A DNA stretch of 64,000 nucleotides from a virus (IMGVR_UViG_2930666980_000001:37758-101757), one strand, 5' to 3'. Positions 8,746-18,547 are shown, numbered from the stretch's first letter. Program-made: numbers and translations. The notes: generated by a model not told the origin, from the letters alone.

Positions 8746-9836
8746 CCGACCTCTCCCTGCTCCGCGGCCACCGCTGGCCCCCACACCCGACCCCCCAGGC
8801 CAACCACGCCGTCACGTCCGCCCTGTACTCCAGGGAGTGGACCGGCGGCCGGTACACCCGGGCCGCCGAGGACGCCCTCCGCGAACTGACCGGCGCCCCG
8901 CACGCCGTGGCGTTCCAGTCCTGCACCGCCGCGATCCACGCCGCGCTCCTCGCACACGGCGCCCGAGACGGCACCCCGCTCCACACCCCTGCCTTCGGCT
9001 TCGCCGGCACGCTCACCGGTGCCTCGCACATCGGGATGCGCCTGCTGTACCACGACGTCGACCCGGACACGGGCAACAGCATCGACCCGGCTGCAGCACC
9101 CGGCGCCCTCGTCCTCACCCCGGACCTGCACGGAGTGCCCCACACCCTGCCCCGCGCCGACGTCATCACCGACGCCTGCCAGGCCCTCGGCACGCTCGTC
9201 GACGGCCGGCACGTCGGAGCCGTCGGCACGCACTGCTGGTCGTTCTCGGCGACCAAGCTCGTCAGCGCCCCCGACGGCGGAGCCGTGACGACCGAAGACG
9301 AGGGCCTCGCCGACATCCTGCGGCAGCTCCGCGACTACGGAGCCGAGCCCGGGCCCGCCCGCGCCAACGCGAGGATCACCCGGCCCGGGCACAACTGGCG
9401 GCCCTCCGAACTGTCGATGGCGCTCGTCGCGGAGGAACTGACCTACCGCCTGCCCGACGCCGCCGCCCGCGCCCGCGAGGTCGGCGAGCAGGTACGCCAG
9501 ACCCTCGCCGACGTCGGCCTCTGGCACCAGCAGGTCCCTGCCGGCACCGAACCGGCCTTCCACAAGCTCCGCACCGGCCTCCCCGGCCAGAGCACGACCG
9601 CCCTCCGCGCGGCCCTCGCCGGTCTGAACGTCCCCACCCACGACTGGGGACGCCACCCGCTCCCCACGCACCCGCAGTTCTGGGAGCCCGGCCCGGAGCC
9701 GGACATCGCCGCGGCGGCCGAGCTCGCTGCCGGCACCTTCTGCCTGGGCACCGAAGCCTGCCCGCCCTGGACCTGGACGGCGGACGAGACAGACCTCGTC
9801 TGCATCACCATCGAAACGATCATGGAGTCCCTGTGA
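8742..9836 (+). CDS. DegT/DnrJ/EryC1/StrS-family PLP aminotransferase
   Basis: SCTAAIHAAL, DACQALG, SFSATK (PLP lysine), DGGAVTT, GHNWR; GTGA coupling. Confidence 0.88.
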   Translation: MTDLSLLRGHRWPPHPTPQANHAVTSALYSREWTGGRYTRAAEDALRELTGAPHAVAFQSCTAAIHAALLAHGARDGTPLHTPAFGFAGTLTGASHIGMRLLYHDVDPDTGNSIDPAAAPGALVLTPDLHGVPHTLPRADVITDACQALGTLVDGRHVGAVGTHCWSFSATKLVSAPDGGAVTTEDEGLADILRQLRDYGAEPGPARANARITRPGHNWRPSELSMALVAEELTYRLPDAAARAREVGEQVRQTLADVGLWHQQVPAGTEPAFHKLRTGLPGQSTTALRAALAGLNVPTHDWGRHPLPTHPQFWEPGPEPDIAAAAELAAGTFCLGTEACPPWTWTADETDLVCITIETIMESL

Positions 9837-10942
9837 ACCGCACCGCCCGCATCGGCATCATCGGCGTCGGCAACTGCGCCCGCGCCCTCCTCGAGGGCAT
9901 CGGCTACTACACCGCGCACCCGGAGGACGAGACCGGCCTCTCCCACCCGGTCATCGGCGGATACACCCCGGCCGACGTCGAGCCCGTCGCCGCCTGGGAC
10001 GTCGACGCCGACAAGGTCGGCCGCAACCTCTGGGACGCCCGCACCGCAGGACAGAACCTCGACGTCGGTATCCCGCAGGGCGACCTCAAGCCCGTCGGCC
10101 TGGACGTCACCGTGCAGCCTGCTCCCGCCCTCGACGGTGCCGGCATCAAGTACCGGGAGCGCATCACCACCGTCGAGGACACCGAGGAGCTCCCCGAGCA
10201 GGAAGCCGCCCGGATCCGCGCGGAGATCCTCGCGTCCGGCGTCCAGGTCCTCGTCAACTACCTGCCCGTCGGCTCGCAGAAGGCCACCGAGTGGTGGGCG
10301 CAGATCGCCCTCGACACCGGCGTCGCCTTCGTCAACAACATCCCCGTCTTCATCGCCCGCAACGAGGAGTGGCGCGCCCGCTTCCGTGACGCGAACCTTC
10401 CGCTGATCGGCGACGACATCAAGAGCCAACTCGGCGCGACGTACGTGCACCGCGTCCTCGCCCGCGCGTTCTCCGACCGGGGCATCACCCTCGACCGGAC
10501 GTACCAGCTGAACGTCGGCGGCAACATGGACTTCTACAACATGCTCGAGGCCGACCGCCTCGCCACGAAGCGCGTGTCCAAGTCGTCCGCCGTCACCGAC
10601 GCCTACGCCGGAGACCTCGAGCCCGGCAACGTCCACATCGGCCCCTCCGACTACGTCGCCTTCCTCGGCGACACGAAGAAGGCGTTCATCCGCTGCGAGG
10701 GCCGCGGCTTCGCCGGAGCCCGCATCGACATGGAGATGCAGCTCACCGTCCCCGACTCCCCGAACAGTGCCGGCATCGTCATCGACGCCGTGCGCATCGC
10801 GAAGACCGCCCTCGACCGCGGCGAAGCCGGGGCCGACCAGTGGGCCTCAGCCTGGCTCTTCAAGGCCCCGCCGCGCACCGTCGCCGAGGACAGCGACGGC
10901 GAAGCCCGCCGCCGCCTCGACGCCTGGCTGAACGAGGCCTGA
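9833..10942 (+). CDS. ino1: Myo-inositol-1-phosphate synthase
   Basis: GVGNCA Rossmann motif, LVNYLPVGSQ, GDDIKSQLGAT, QLNVGGNMDFYNM, HIGPSDYV, DSPNSAG. Confidence 0.95.
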   Translation: MNRTARIGIIGVGNCARALLEGIGYYTAHPEDETGLSHPVIGGYTPADVEPVAAWDVDADKVGRNLWDARTAGQNLDVGIPQGDLKPVGLDVTVQPAPALDGAGIKYRERITTVEDTEELPEQEAARIRAEILASGVQVLVNYLPVGSQKATEWWAQIALDTGVAFVNNIPVFIARNEEWRARFRDANLPLIGDDIKSQLGATYVHRVLARAFSDRGITLDRTYQLNVGGNMDFYNMLEADRLATKRVSKSSAVTDAYAGDLEPGNVHIGPSDYVAFLGDTKKAFIRCEGRGFAGARIDMEMQLTVPDSPNSAGIVIDAVRIAKTALDRGEAGADQWASAWLFKAPPRTVAEDSDGEARRRLDAWLNEA

Positions 10943-10943
10943 C

Positions 10944-11744
10944 ATGCGACGAGTCCTCAAAGCCAAGTCCGCGTACAGCAACGACGACGTCCAGCGCGTA
11001 TGGGAGTCGATCACCGACTACGTCACCGAGGAGGAGGCGGCCCAAGCCGTCGAGGAGGCGGCAGCGGAAACCCGCCTCGTCCTCGACGGCCGCACCGACG
11101 ACGCCGTGTACGGCTGGTCAGGCGGCAAGGACTCGATCGCCCTCGAGGTCGTGATGGAGCGTGCCGGGGTCCGGCGCGCCCTCCTCGGCACGCTCCCGCA
11201 CCTCGAGTTCACCGCCTACATGACGTGGGTCGACGAGCACCAGCCCGACGGCCTCACCCACCTCGGCAACAAGGCCATCACCCCGGCCTGGCTCGCCAAG
11301 CCGCAGAACGACCGCTACCTCTTCCCCACCTCCAGCACCGACGGCTACCGCTGGACGATGATCGGCACCCGCTGGTCCCAACACCTCTACCAGGAGCAGC
11401 ACAAGCCCCGACTCCAGGTCTACGGACGCCGGACCGCCGACGGCAACAGCATCCCCGCCACCCCGTACGGCATCCACAAGACGAGCCGCCTCACCTCGTA
11501 CTGCCCGATCCGCGCCTGGTCGCACGAGCTCGTCCTCGCCGTCATCCACTACAACCGGCGTCCCCTGCCGCCCGTGTACGGCTTCCCGAACGGCTGGAAG
11601 ACCGGCACAGGCTCCTGGCCCGGGCGCCGCGTCGGCGACCGCGATGCCTCCTTCGCCGAGACGTACGCGATCGAGCCCGCCCTCCTGCAGAACGCCGCCC
11701 CGGACCTGCCGGCAGCGGCCGACTGGCTTCGCCGCAACACCTGA
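10944..11744 (+). CDS. PAPS-reductase/PP-loop family protein (short form)
   Basis: WSGGKDS PP-loop, YGRRTADG, CPIRAWS..V. Confidence 0.8.
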   Translation: MRRVLKAKSAYSNDDVQRVWESITDYVTEEEAAQAVEEAAAETRLVLDGRTDDAVYGWSGGKDSIALEVVMERAGVRRALLGTLPHLEFTAYMTWVDEHQPDGLTHLGNKAITPAWLAKPQNDRYLFPTSSTDGYRWTMIGTRWSQHLYQEQHKPRLQVYGRRTADGNSIPATPYGIHKTSRLTSYCPIRAWSHELVLAVIHYNRRPLPPVYGFPNGWKTGTGSWPGRRVGDRDASFAETYAIEPALLQNAAPDLPAAADWLRRNT

Positions 11745-11775
11745 CACCACCACGTCCAGCGTGGGGAAGGACTAC

Positions 11776-13155
11776 ATGACCGATTGGCTCTCAGGCGGCT
11801 GGCTCCCGGAGGGGACGCCCATCGATGCCGAGCACGTCCGCGGCTACGTCGCCAAGTTCACCCTTCCCCGCCTCGCTGCCGGCAGCGACGTCTACACCCT
11901 CGCCTGCGAGCGCATGGCGTACGTCCTCGACCACCACGACCGGGCCTTCGTCGCGTTCTCCGGCGGGAAGGACTCGACGGCCGTCCTCAACGTCGCCCTC
12001 GAGGTCGCCAACCGGGAGCCCCGCCTACAGCGTCACCTCCCGCTGCGCGTCGTCTTCTTCGACGAGGAGGCGATCCCGCAGGAGACCGAGGACTACGTCC
12101 GGCGCGTCTTCGCCCGGCCCGACGTCGCCGGTGAATGGCTCTGCCTGCCCGTCCAGCACCGCAACGCCTGCTCCAGGACGTCCCCGTACTGGTGGCCCTG
12201 GGCGCCGGAGGACGAGCCGAAGTGGTGCCGCCCCCTCCCGCCGGAGGCGATCACGACCCTGCCCGGCTTCCCCGTCTGGCCCCCGGAGGAGCGCCTCACG
12301 ATCCCGAACCTGAACGGCCTCCTCGCGCCGCCCCCGCACACCACGGCCACGCTCATGGGGATCCGCGCGCAGGAGTCCCGGATCCGGGCCCTCGCCGTCC
12401 GCCGCCGCGCCGTCGACAACTACATCGTCAAGCACGCCCACGGCCGGGACCGGCAGGCCGCCGCCGTCGACAACGGCAACGTCTGGAAGGCCTACCCGAT
12501 CTACGACTGGCGGACCGAAGACGTCTGGGCCGCCGCACGCGTCCACGGCTGGGACTACAACAAGGCCTACGACCTGATGGAGATGGCGGGGGTCACACCC
12601 GCCATGCAGCGCTGCTCACCCGCGTTCGGCGAGGAGCCCCTGCAGAAGATCCACATGTACGCCCAGTGCTTCCCCGACGTCTGGGCACGGATGTCCGAGC
12701 GCGTCCCCGGCGTCGGCGCCGCAGCCCGCTACGCGTCCACCGAGCTCTACGGCTTCGGCGCCAAGAAGCCCGAGAAGCCCGCCGGCATGCCCTGGCCGGA
12801 GTTCATCACCCGCTACCTCGCCAAGCACGGGCCGAAGGAGCAGCGCACCATCGCGGCCCGGATCAGCGAGGCCCTCACCCGGCACTACCGGATGACCACC
12901 GACCCGATCCTCCCGCGGTCGCCTCACCCGGTCACCGGCCTCAACTGGAAGTACCTCCTCGTCCTCGCCATGCGCGGCGACTTCAAGCACCGCCGCCAGG
13001 AGGTCAAGCAGCTCATGGACGGTGACGCCGCCTCGTACTGGCGGAAGTACACCGCCGAGCTCGCCGAGCTCCTCGCCGCCGGGGTCACCGCCGACGAGCT
13101 CGGCCACCCCCGCCCGCTCCCCACCGACCCCCACGCGCTCACCCCGACCACCTGA
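11776..13155 (+). CDS. YbdN/IbrA-like PAPS-reductase-family protein (copy 1)
   Basis: FSGGKDS, FFDEEA, GIRAQES.R, YPIYDWRTEDVW, YNKAYDLM, W..M.ERVPG. Confidence 0.9.
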   Translation: MTDWLSGGWLPEGTPIDAEHVRGYVAKFTLPRLAAGSDVYTLACERMAYVLDHHDRAFVAFSGGKDSTAVLNVALEVANREPRLQRHLPLRVVFFDEEAIPQETEDYVRRVFARPDVAGEWLCLPVQHRNACSRTSPYWWPWAPEDEPKWCRPLPPEAITTLPGFPVWPPEERLTIPNLNGLLAPPPHTTATLMGIRAQESRIRALAVRRRAVDNYIVKHAHGRDRQAAAVDNGNVWKAYPIYDWRTEDVWAAARVHGWDYNKAYDLMEMAGVTPAMQRCSPAFGEEPLQKIHMYAQCFPDVWARMSERVPGVGAAARYASTELYGFGAKKPEKPAGMPWPEFITRYLAKHGPKEQRTIAARISEALTRHYRMTTDPILPRSPHPVTGLNWKYLLVLAMRGDFKHRRQEVKQLMDGDAASYWRKYTAELAELLAAGVTADELGHPRPLPTDPHALTPTT

Positions 13156-13179
13156 ACCAGCAGGAAGGACATCGGCGAC

Positions 13180-14568
13180 ATGACCACCGACCAGCCGGAC
13201 GGCTGGCTGCCCGAGGGACAGCGGCTCGACGTCTACGACACCGACTACGTCCCCAAGCAGAACCGGCCCCGCCTCGCCGCACGGGCCGACGTCTGGACCA
13301 TGGCGTGCGAGCGCATGGCCTACGTCCTCGACACCCATGACCGGGCCTTCGTCTCGTTCTCCGGCGGGAAGGACAGCACGGCCGTCCTGAACGTCGCCCT
13401 GCACGTCCTGAACCGTGAGCCGTCGCTGCGCCGGCATCTCCCGCTCAGGGTCGTCTTCTTCGACGAGGAGGCCATCCCGCAGGAGACCGAGGACTACGTT
13501 CGCCGCGTCGGGCAGCGCGACGACGTCAGCCTTGAGTGGTACTGCCTGCCCGTCCAGCACCGCAACGCCTGCTCGAGGCGGTCGCCGTACTGGTGGCCCT
13601 GGGCGCCGGAGGACGAAGCGAAGTGGTGCCGCCCCCTCCCACCGGAGGCCCTCACGTCCCTGCCCGGCTTCCCCCTCTGGCCCCCGGAGGCGCGCCTCAC
13701 GATCCCGAACCTCAACGGGCTCCTCGGCCCGGCGCCGCACACCACGGCCTGCCTCATGGGGATCCGCGCGCAGGAGTCCCTCATCCGCGCGCACGCCGTC
13801 CGGCTCCGCTCCGTCGACAACTACATCGTCAAGTACGACAACTCGAAGAACCGGCAGGCCGCTTCGGTCAACCACGGCAACATGTGGAAGGCCTACCCGA
13901 TCTACGACTGGCGCACCGAAGACGTCTGGGCGGCGACCCGCCTGCACGGCTGGGACTACAACAAGGCCTATGACCTGATGGAGATGGCCGGCATCGGCCC
14001 GTCCGGTCAGCGCTGCTCACCGGCCTTCGGCGAGGAGCCCCTCCAGAAGATCCACATGTACGCGCAGTGCTTCCCCGACGTCTGGGGGCGTATGGCCGAG
14101 CGCGTCCCCGGCATCGGCGCCGCCTACCGCTACGCCCGCACCGAGCTCTACGGCTACGGAGGGAAGCCCCCCAAGCCTCCGGGGCAGACCTGGCCGGAGT
14201 TCATCGCCCACTACGTCCGGAAGCACGGCCCCGACGTCCAGCCGAAGGTGGCCGGCAGGATCGCCGACGTCATGGCCCGGCACTACCGGAAGACGGCGCA
14301 CCCGATCCTCCCGAAGGCCCCGCACCCGGACACCGGCCTCAACTGGTCCTTCCTCCTGACCCTCGCGATGCGCGGCGACTTCAAGCAGCGCCGGCAGGAG
14401 TCCAACCAGCTCATGTCCAAGAGCACGGCCGAGCACTGGACGCGGTACACCACCGAGCTCGCCCAGGTCCTCGCCGACGGCACCGGCCCGGAGCTCGGCC
14501 ACCCCCGCCCCCTCCCGACGGACGCGTACGCGATCGTCCCCGACCAGTACAAGGAGCCCACCCAGTGA
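13180..14568 (+). CDS. YbdN/IbrA-like PAPS-reductase-family protein (copy 2)
   Basis: Same motifs; long blocks identical to copy 1. Confidence 0.9.
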   Translation: MTTDQPDGWLPEGQRLDVYDTDYVPKQNRPRLAARADVWTMACERMAYVLDTHDRAFVSFSGGKDSTAVLNVALHVLNREPSLRRHLPLRVVFFDEEAIPQETEDYVRRVGQRDDVSLEWYCLPVQHRNACSRRSPYWWPWAPEDEAKWCRPLPPEALTSLPGFPLWPPEARLTIPNLNGLLGPAPHTTACLMGIRAQESLIRAHAVRLRSVDNYIVKYDNSKNRQAASVNHGNMWKAYPIYDWRTEDVWAATRLHGWDYNKAYDLMEMAGIGPSGQRCSPAFGEEPLQKIHMYAQCFPDVWGRMAERVPGIGAAYRYARTELYGYGGKPPKPPGQTWPEFIAHYVRKHGPDVQPKVAGRIADVMARHYRKTAHPILPKAPHPDTGLNWSFLLTLAMRGDFKQRRQESNQLMSKSTAEHWTRYTTELAQVLADGTGPELGHPRPLPTDAYAIVPDQYKEPTQ

Positions 14569-15110
14569 CCACCCCGGCCGCCCCGTTCCGCGCCCCTGTC
14601 GGCGCCGACCAGCAGCCCGTCAGCGCCGTCCAGTGGATGCCGCGCGAGCAGCTCACCGCGAATCAGTGGAACCCCAACGTCCAGGCGCCCCCGGAGCACC
14701 GCCTCTTGAAGACGTCACTCCTCGAGAACGGATGGACGCAGCCGATCGTCGCCCGCGACCAGGCCGACGGCACGTACGAGGTCGTCGACGGCTTCCACCG
14801 CTGGACGATCGCCGCAGACCCGGACGTCGCCGCCCTCTCCGCCGGGCTCGTCCCCGTCGTCGTCCTCCCGCCCACGGACGCCGCGACGGCCCGGATGGCG
14901 ACCGTCCGGCACAACCGGGCCCGCGGTACCCACCACGTCCTCGGCATGGCGGAGATCGTCACTGACCTCCTCGAGCTCGGCGTCACCCCGGCCGACATCA
15001 GCGCCCGCCTCGAGATGGACCCGGAGGAGGTCGACCGCCTCGCCGACCGGGGCAACATGATCGCCCGTCACGCCCCGGAGACCTTCAACCAGGGCTGGAC
15101 CGTCGGCTAA
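14565..15110 (+). CDS. YbdM/IbrB-like ParB domain protein
   Basis: QPVSAVQW..ANQWNPN..ENGWTQPIV..VVDGFHRW..TVRHNRARGTH. Confidence 0.9.
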   Translation: MTTPAAPFRAPVGADQQPVSAVQWMPREQLTANQWNPNVQAPPEHRLLKTSLLENGWTQPIVARDQADGTYEVVDGFHRWTIAADPDVAALSAGLVPVVVLPPTDAATARMATVRHNRARGTHHVLGMAEIVTDLLELGVTPADISARLEMDPEEVDRLADRGNMIARHAPETFNQGWTVG

Positions 15111-15171
15111 CCGCCGGCACGCCCCTACGGCCCCACCCAGCCCCCGCCCCGCTACCTACAGGAGCAGACGC

Positions 15172-15897
15172 ATGCCCAACACGATGAAGGTCGCCCCGGA
15201 CGACGAGAACGAGGTCCACGACGTCCTCGCCTTCCGCGACCCCGGCAACTGTCACGTCACCCCGGTCCTCCAGCTCCCCCCGGACATCGCCCTCGCGATC
15301 ACCGACCGCCTCCGGCACCTGGTGCAGTCCGCGCACCGCTCCCCGGCCGCGACGAGCCCCGACGCCGACGGGATCACACGGGCGCAGACCTTCGAGGAGG
15401 GCGACGTCTACATGCTCGCCGCCCCGTACGAGCAGTACGAGGCAGACCGGTACCTCATGGACTTCTACGACGTCATCGACCGCGACATCTGCTCACGGAT
15501 GCACCTGCACACCGGTCTCCGCTTCGTACGGATGATGACTGGCCCCGACACCCGCATCCGCGTCAGCAGCCTCGCCCCGATCCGGGTAACCGACGTCGAC
15601 GGCGTCACCACCTTCCGCCCGGAGACCTTCGAGGACGACCACCCCGACGTCCCCGCCGGACACCAGCGGACCCGCTACAACCTCGTCGTCCCCCCGAACT
15701 CCTGGGCCGACATGCAGGTCCCGCGCGGCGTCTCCCACCAGTTCAACGCCCACGGCCCCCACGCCGTCATCGACTCCGTCCACCCGGAGGAGTCCATCGA
15801 GACGTTCCGCGAGCGCATGAGCGGCTTCAAGATGATGGCGCAGACGATCTTCCTCGCCGACGAGCAGCCCGCCGCCGACTCCTGCCGACTCACCTGA
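15172..15897 (+). CDS. Cupin-like protein
   Basis: SRMHLHTG..VPRGVSHQF metal-binding pattern; AGGAG SD. Confidence 0.6.
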   Translation: MPNTMKVAPDDENEVHDVLAFRDPGNCHVTPVLQLPPDIALAITDRLRHLVQSAHRSPAATSPDADGITRAQTFEEGDVYMLAAPYEQYEADRYLMDFYDVIDRDICSRMHLHTGLRFVRMMTGPDTRIRVSSLAPIRVTDVDGVTTFRPETFEDDHPDVPAGHQRTRYNLVVPPNSWADMQVPRGVSHQFNAHGPHAVIDSVHPEESIETFRERMSGFKMMAQTIFLADEQPAADSCRLT

Positions 15898-16264
15898 CCC
15901 GTCCCACGCGGCCCCTCGACGACCGCGCCCCTACGGCCCGCCCCGGAGACCCCCGCGGCGGGCCGTCCCCGTCCACGGCCCTCTGACCAGGCCCGGGGCT
16001 ATCCTCTCTCGCCGCCGACCACCCGCGACCAGGGGAGCCCCGCAATGACCCGCACCCCCCTACCGCACCCCTCGCCCACCCTCCACCGGGTACCCCCGCA
16101 CCCTCCACACCCCTACGCCGACCCACCGCACCGACCCCGCGCACGCCCCGACCCCCACCAAGATCAACACCGCCCGCCACATACACCCAGGTCAACAGCC
16201 CACGCCCGCTAGTTGAAACACAAACGTGGACACAAACCCGCCCCCACGAGACGAGGAGAGACCC

Positions 16265-16696
16265 ATGGGCGCCTCCCCCCGGCAACGACTGTCCGCCGTC
16301 GAGCGCCGCACCCAGGCCCTACAGCTGCACCTGGCGTGCGTCGACCTCCGCACCATCGCGAAACAGGTCGGCTACGCCGACGCCTCCGCCGCCAAGAAGG
16401 CCATCGACCGCGCCATCGCGGACAGCATCGCCCGCGGCGAAGAGAAGATCGACGACATCCGGCGCGAGCAGATCATGCGGTACCACCGTCTCCAGGCCGC
16501 CCACTGGGGCAAGGCCATCAAGGGCGACACCAAGGCGAGCGACATCGTCCTCAAGTGCATGCAGGGCACCGAGCGCCTCCAGGACCTCGCCTCGCCCAAG
16601 CGCATCAGCATCGACGCCCAGAAGCTCGGCGACGAGATCCTCGCCATCCTCGGCGACGATGCCGGCAGCGACGACGAGGCCGGAGCAGCGCCGTGA
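16265..16696 (+). CDS. Probable terminase small subunit (HTH)
   Basis: RRTQALQL..IAKQVGY HTH; directly upstream of TerL; GAGGAG SD. Confidence 0.7.
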   Translation: MGASPRQRLSAVERRTQALQLHLACVDLRTIAKQVGYADASAAKKAIDRAIADSIARGEEKIDDIRREQIMRYHRLQAAHWGKAIKGDTKASDIVLKCMQGTERLQDLASPKRISIDAQKLGDEILAILGDDAGSDDEAGAAP

Positions 16697-16738
16697 CCGA
16701 CCAGTCCGGCCGGTCCCGGCCGGGGGAGGGGCGACAGG

Positions 16739-18361
16739 ATGCCGACCACCGAGGAGATTGAGCGCCAGGTCCTCGCGCTCGTCCGGGCGGGCGACGTCGC
16801 GACGCTCCGCCTGGTCCGGGACCGTCTCGCCTCGCGGCGTAGCAGCGCGTCCGCCCAGCGGGCCGTCAAGTACATGTACGACCCTGTCGGCTGGGTACGG
16901 GACGTCATCGACTGGCAGCCCGGGGAAGGGCTCGCCGCCTACCAGGAGGACGTCCTCAGCCTGCTCGCCAGGGAGCGCCGTGTCGCGGCCCGCGGACCGC
17001 ACGGTCTGGGGAAGACCGGCATGGCCGCGCTCGGCGTCCTCTGGTTCGCGACGACCCGCGACGCTGCCGGCATCGACTGGAAGGTCCTGACGACCGCCTC
17101 CGCCTGGCGGCACCTCTCCGTCTACCTGTTCCCGGAGATCCACAAGTGGGCGAGGCGCATCAAGTGGGAGATGCTCGGCCGCCCGCCGTTCCGGGAGAAC
17201 GCCGAGCTCCTGGTCCACAACATCAAGCTCAGGTACGGGGCGGCGTCCGCGGTCGCCTCGACGAAGCCGGAGCTGATCGAGGGCGCGCACGCGGACAGCC
17301 TGCTCTACCTGATCGATGAGGCGAAGATCGTCCCCGATGGCACCTGGGACGCCATTGAAGGGGCCTTCTCCGGCGGTAAGACGTCCGGGCTCCCGGAGGC
17401 CTTCGTCTTCGCTATCTCGACGCCTGGGCCCCCGTCAGGGCGCTTCTACGACATCCACAGCAGGAAGCCGGGGTTCGAGGACTGGTTCGTACGGCACGTC
17501 ACCCTCGCTGAGGCGGTCGCTGCCGGCCGGATCTCCCCAGACTGGGCGGAGCAGCGCGCCCGCCAGTGGGGGCGAGACTCCGCGATCTACGCCAACCGTG
17601 TCCTCGGCGAGTTCCACGCGTCCGACGAGGACAGCGTCATCCCCCTGTCCTGGGTCGAGGCCGCCGTCGAGCGCTGGCACCTGTGGGACCAGGCCGGGCG
17701 GCCGGCACTCGAGGGGCGTCAGTTCCTCGGCGTCGACGTCGCACGCGCCGGGGGAGACTCCACCGTCCTCGCGTACCGGACCGGCCTCGCGTACACCGAG
17801 CTCGAGACGCACGACCGCGAGGACACCATGGAGACGACCGCCCGCGTCCAGGCCGCCGTGGGCCGCCGCCCGGGCACCGTGCCGGTCGTCGACTCGATGG
17901 GCGTCGGCGGTGGCGTCGTCGACCGCCTCAGGGAGCTCGACGAGCCGGTCCTCGCCTACACCGGAGCAGCGAAGTCCCGCATGCGGTCGAGAGACGGAGA
18001 GTGGGGCTTCAACAACACCAGGAGCGCCGCCTACTGGCGCACCCGGGAGCTCCTCGACCCCGCTTTCGACCCGACGCTGATGCTCCCGCCGGATGACCTC
18101 CTGCTCGCCGACCTGACCGCCCCGACATGGGCGGTCAAGACCGGCCGCCCCCCGACGATCCAGATCGAGCCGAAGGACGACCTGATCAAGCGGCTCGGCC
18201 GCTCCCCCGACCGTGGGGACGCCGTCGTGATGGGCCTGTACGCCGAGCTGCTCGCCTCGACGACCGTGCAGAACCCGGCCAGGGCCGGCACGGGCAGCAC
18301 GGCCGCAGCCAGCAAGTACGGGCGAACCATCGGCGGCACGTCGGCGGCACGAGGCCGGTGA
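16739..18361 (+). CDS. terL: Terminase large subunit
   Basis: Walker A GPHGLGKT, Walker B LIDEA, ISTP motif, RNase H GVDVA..GDST and RSPDRGDA. Confidence 0.93.
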   Translation: MPTTEEIERQVLALVRAGDVATLRLVRDRLASRRSSASAQRAVKYMYDPVGWVRDVIDWQPGEGLAAYQEDVLSLLARERRVAARGPHGLGKTGMAALGVLWFATTRDAAGIDWKVLTTASAWRHLSVYLFPEIHKWARRIKWEMLGRPPFRENAELLVHNIKLRYGAASAVASTKPELIEGAHADSLLYLIDEAKIVPDGTWDAIEGAFSGGKTSGLPEAFVFAISTPGPPSGRFYDIHSRKPGFEDWFVRHVTLAEAVAAGRISPDWAEQRARQWGRDSAIYANRVLGEFHASDEDSVIPLSWVEAAVERWHLWDQAGRPALEGRQFLGVDVARAGGDSTVLAYRTGLAYTELETHDREDTMETTARVQAAVGRRPGTVPVVDSMGVGGGVVDRLRELDEPVLAYTGAAKSRMRSRDGEWGFNNTRSAAYWRTRELLDPAFDPTLMLPPDDLLLADLTAPTWAVKTGRPPTIQIEPKDDLIKRLGRSPDRGDAVVMGLYAELLASTTVQNPARAGTGSTAAASKYGRTIGGTSAARGR

Positions 18362-18379
18362 GTAGGCGCACGGCCCTCG

Positions 18380-18547
18380 CTACTGCTCGCCGTCTGGCCG
18401 GCAGTGGCAGGGGCCGCCATTGTGCAGATGGGCCAGGTCCTCCGGGTCGAGCACGTAAGGCGCTTCGGCGCTGCCGTCACCGATCAACCGAACACCGTCC
18501 ACCTCGTGCACGATGTCGGCCAAGGCTTCGTCCAGGGGGTGTGACAT
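18380..18547 (-). CDS. Small hypothetical protein (55 aa)
   Basis: GAGGAG SD on the minus strand; ends H.H..CHC. Confidence 0.55.
   Translation of the reverse strand: MSHPLDEALADIVHEVDGVRLIGDGSAEAPYVLDPEDLAHLHNGGPCHCRPDGEQ

Noticed and set aside
8742-10942. Host aminoglycoside biosynthetic gene cluster
   Set aside because: No glycosyltransferases, resistance genes, transporters or pathway regulators; the genes are coupled to phage ParB and PP-loop genes
10944-15110. Dnd/Ssp phosphorothioation system or sulfate assimilation (CysH)
   Set aside because: No cysteine desulfurase, DndD ATPase, DndE or cys genes; motifs fit YbdN/YbdM better. Sulfur chemistry using host enzymes is not excluded
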